This document shows positions 36,456 to 37,506 of a stretch of DNA of 37,506 bases, piece after piece (the stretch's first letter is position 1; the number at the start of each line of letters is the position of its first letter). This DNA comes from a virus (Duplodnaviria > Heunggongvirae > Uroviricota > Caudoviricetes): the IMG/VR virus record IMGVR_UViG_2718218098_000004. One strand, given 5' to 3'. The notes beneath the pieces are model-generated. The model was not told the origin of the DNA, searched no databases, and was given only the letters and a program-made list of their open reading frames with translations. The position numbers were made by a program, and so were the translations under genes.

Positions 36456-37506
36456 GCGCCGGGATTTACCCCCTAACCTTTATATAAGAAACAATGGATA
36501 TTACTGCTACAGGGACCCAAGGACGGGTAAAGAGTTTGGATTAGGCCGAGACAGGAGGATAGCAATCACTGAAGCAATACAGGCCAATATTGAGTTACTC
36601 TCAGACAGCGGACGCAAATCACTGATAGACAGAATTAAAGGCGGTGACGCAATCACTCTTCATGTGTGGCTTGACCGATATGAAAGAATCCTCACCGAAA
36701 GGGGGATCAGGCCGAAAACTCTACTCGACTACGCCAGCAAAATCAGGGCAATCCGAAGAAAATTGCCGGACAAACCGCTCACTGACATATCAACGAAAGA
36801 TGTGGCAGCAATGCTAAACACCTACGTAGCAGAAGGTAAAGCAGCTTCCGCAAAATTAATCAGGTCAACCCTTGTTGACGTTTTTCGTGAAGCAATAGCC
36901 GAGGGGCATGTGGCAACGAATCCGGTAACAGCAACCCGTACAGCAAAGTCAGAAGTAAGGCGCTCAAGGCTGACAGCTAATGAGTATGTCGAGATTTACC
37001 ATGCAGCCGAACCTCTCCCAATCTGGCTGAGGCTGGCAATGGATTTGGCTGTCGTTACAGGGCAGAGAGTGGGCGATTTGTGCAAAATGAAGTGGTCAGA
37101 CATAAACGACAACCATCTTCACATTGAGCAGGGTAAAACAGGGGTTAAGCTCGCCATTCCGCTGACGCTAGCGATTGACGCGCTCAATATCTCATTGGCT
37201 GATACACTACAGAAATGCAGGGAGGCCAGCAGCAGTGAAACTATAATCGCATCAAAGCATCACGATCCGCTTTCCCCGAAAACAGTATCAAAGTATTTTA
37301 CAAAGGCGAGAAATGCATCTGGACTCTCATTTGATGGAAACCCGCCAACATTCCATGAACTGCGTAGCCTGTCAGCGAGGCTATACCGGAACCAGATTGG
37401 CGATAAGTTTGCTCAACGTCTTCTCGGGCATAAATCAGATTCAATGGCGGCGCGGTATAGGGACAGCCGTGGACGGGAATGGGACAAAATTGAAATCGAC
37501 AAATGA
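36433..37506 (+). CDS. int: Tyrosine integrase (lambda Int-like)
   Basis: 357 aa; N-terminus MGRRRSHERRDLPPNLYIRNNGYYCYRDPRTGKEFGLGRDRRIA and the catalytic C-terminal region (HELRSLSARLY...LLGHKSD) resemble lambda Int; overlaps xis by 23 nt as in lambda. Confidence 0.95.
   Translation: MGRRRSHERRDLPPNLYIRNNGYYCYRDPRTGKEFGLGRDRRIAITEAIQANIELLSDSGRKSLIDRIKGGDAITLHVWLDRYERILTERGIRPKTLLDYASKIRAIRRKLPDKPLTDISTKDVAAMLNTYVAEGKAASAKLIRSTLVDVFREAIAEGHVATNPVTATRTAKSEVRRSRLTANEYVEIYHAAEPLPIWLRLAMDLAVVTGQRVGDLCKMKWSDINDNHLHIEQGKTGVKLAIPLTLAIDALNISLADTLQKCREASSSETIIASKHHDPLSPKTVSKYFTKARNASGLSFDGNPPTFHELRSLSARLYRNQIGDKFAQRLLGHKSDSMAARYRDSRGREWDKIEIDK

Larger units (their letters stand above)
1..37506. mobile_element. 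Lambdoid prophage segment: P22-like morphogenesis and immunity modules with lambda-type int/xis; window spans tailspike stop to integrase stop, so both ends and att sites are outside
   Basis: Contiguous phage gene order int-xis-early left operon-N-PL/OL-c2-OR-cro-c1-initiator-helicase-nin-Q-lysis-terminase-portal-scaffold-coat-tail accessory-ejection proteins-tailspike, with tight ATGA/GTGA gene coupling throughout. Confidence 0.9.

Noticed and set aside
1-37506. tRNA genes, rRNA genes, IS elements and att core sequences
   Set aside because: No cloverleaf-like T-arm/acceptor pattern, no transposase-like ORF and no terminal inverted repeats were seen; integrase ends at the window edge, so attL/attR must lie outside

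Overview
The window is almost entirely a mosaic lambdoid prophage, read by eye from the sequence and the ORF track; all similarity statements are from memory of phage P22, lambda and phage 21 proteins, and no database search was run. Layout: a P22-like podovirus late operon on the minus strand (tailspike at 1-2157, then ejection proteins, tail needle, gp10/gp4-like, coat, scaffold, portal, terminases), a lysis cassette (pinholin, SAR endolysin, Rz/Rz1), Q with a PR'-like promoter, a nin region, DnaB-like helicase and an O-like initiator carrying iterons, then a P22-type immunity region (c1, cro, three OR operators, c2), PL/OL, an N-like antiterminator with matching nutL and nutR sites, a plus-strand early-left operon (cIII, kil, Erf-like annealing protein, HNH, SSB, exonuclease, several hypotheticals), and lambda-type xis/int ending at the window edge. 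Both attachment sites lie outside the window. No rRNA, tRNA, CRISPR array or IS element was seen. I did not find a clearly recognisable defence system. The candidates most worth follow-up are: (1) a ~640 bp ORF-free, palindrome-rich leader between PL and N; (2) two unrecognised genes at the ral/sieB-equivalent position between N and cIII; (3) an Mnt-like repressor plus a 25-aa hydrophobic peptide replacing the P22 sieA-mnt-arc-ant locus next to the tailspike; (4) a tailspike with a conserved head-binding domain and a receptor-binding body I do not recognise; (5) an SSB with a 15-residue extension past its normally terminal IPF tip.
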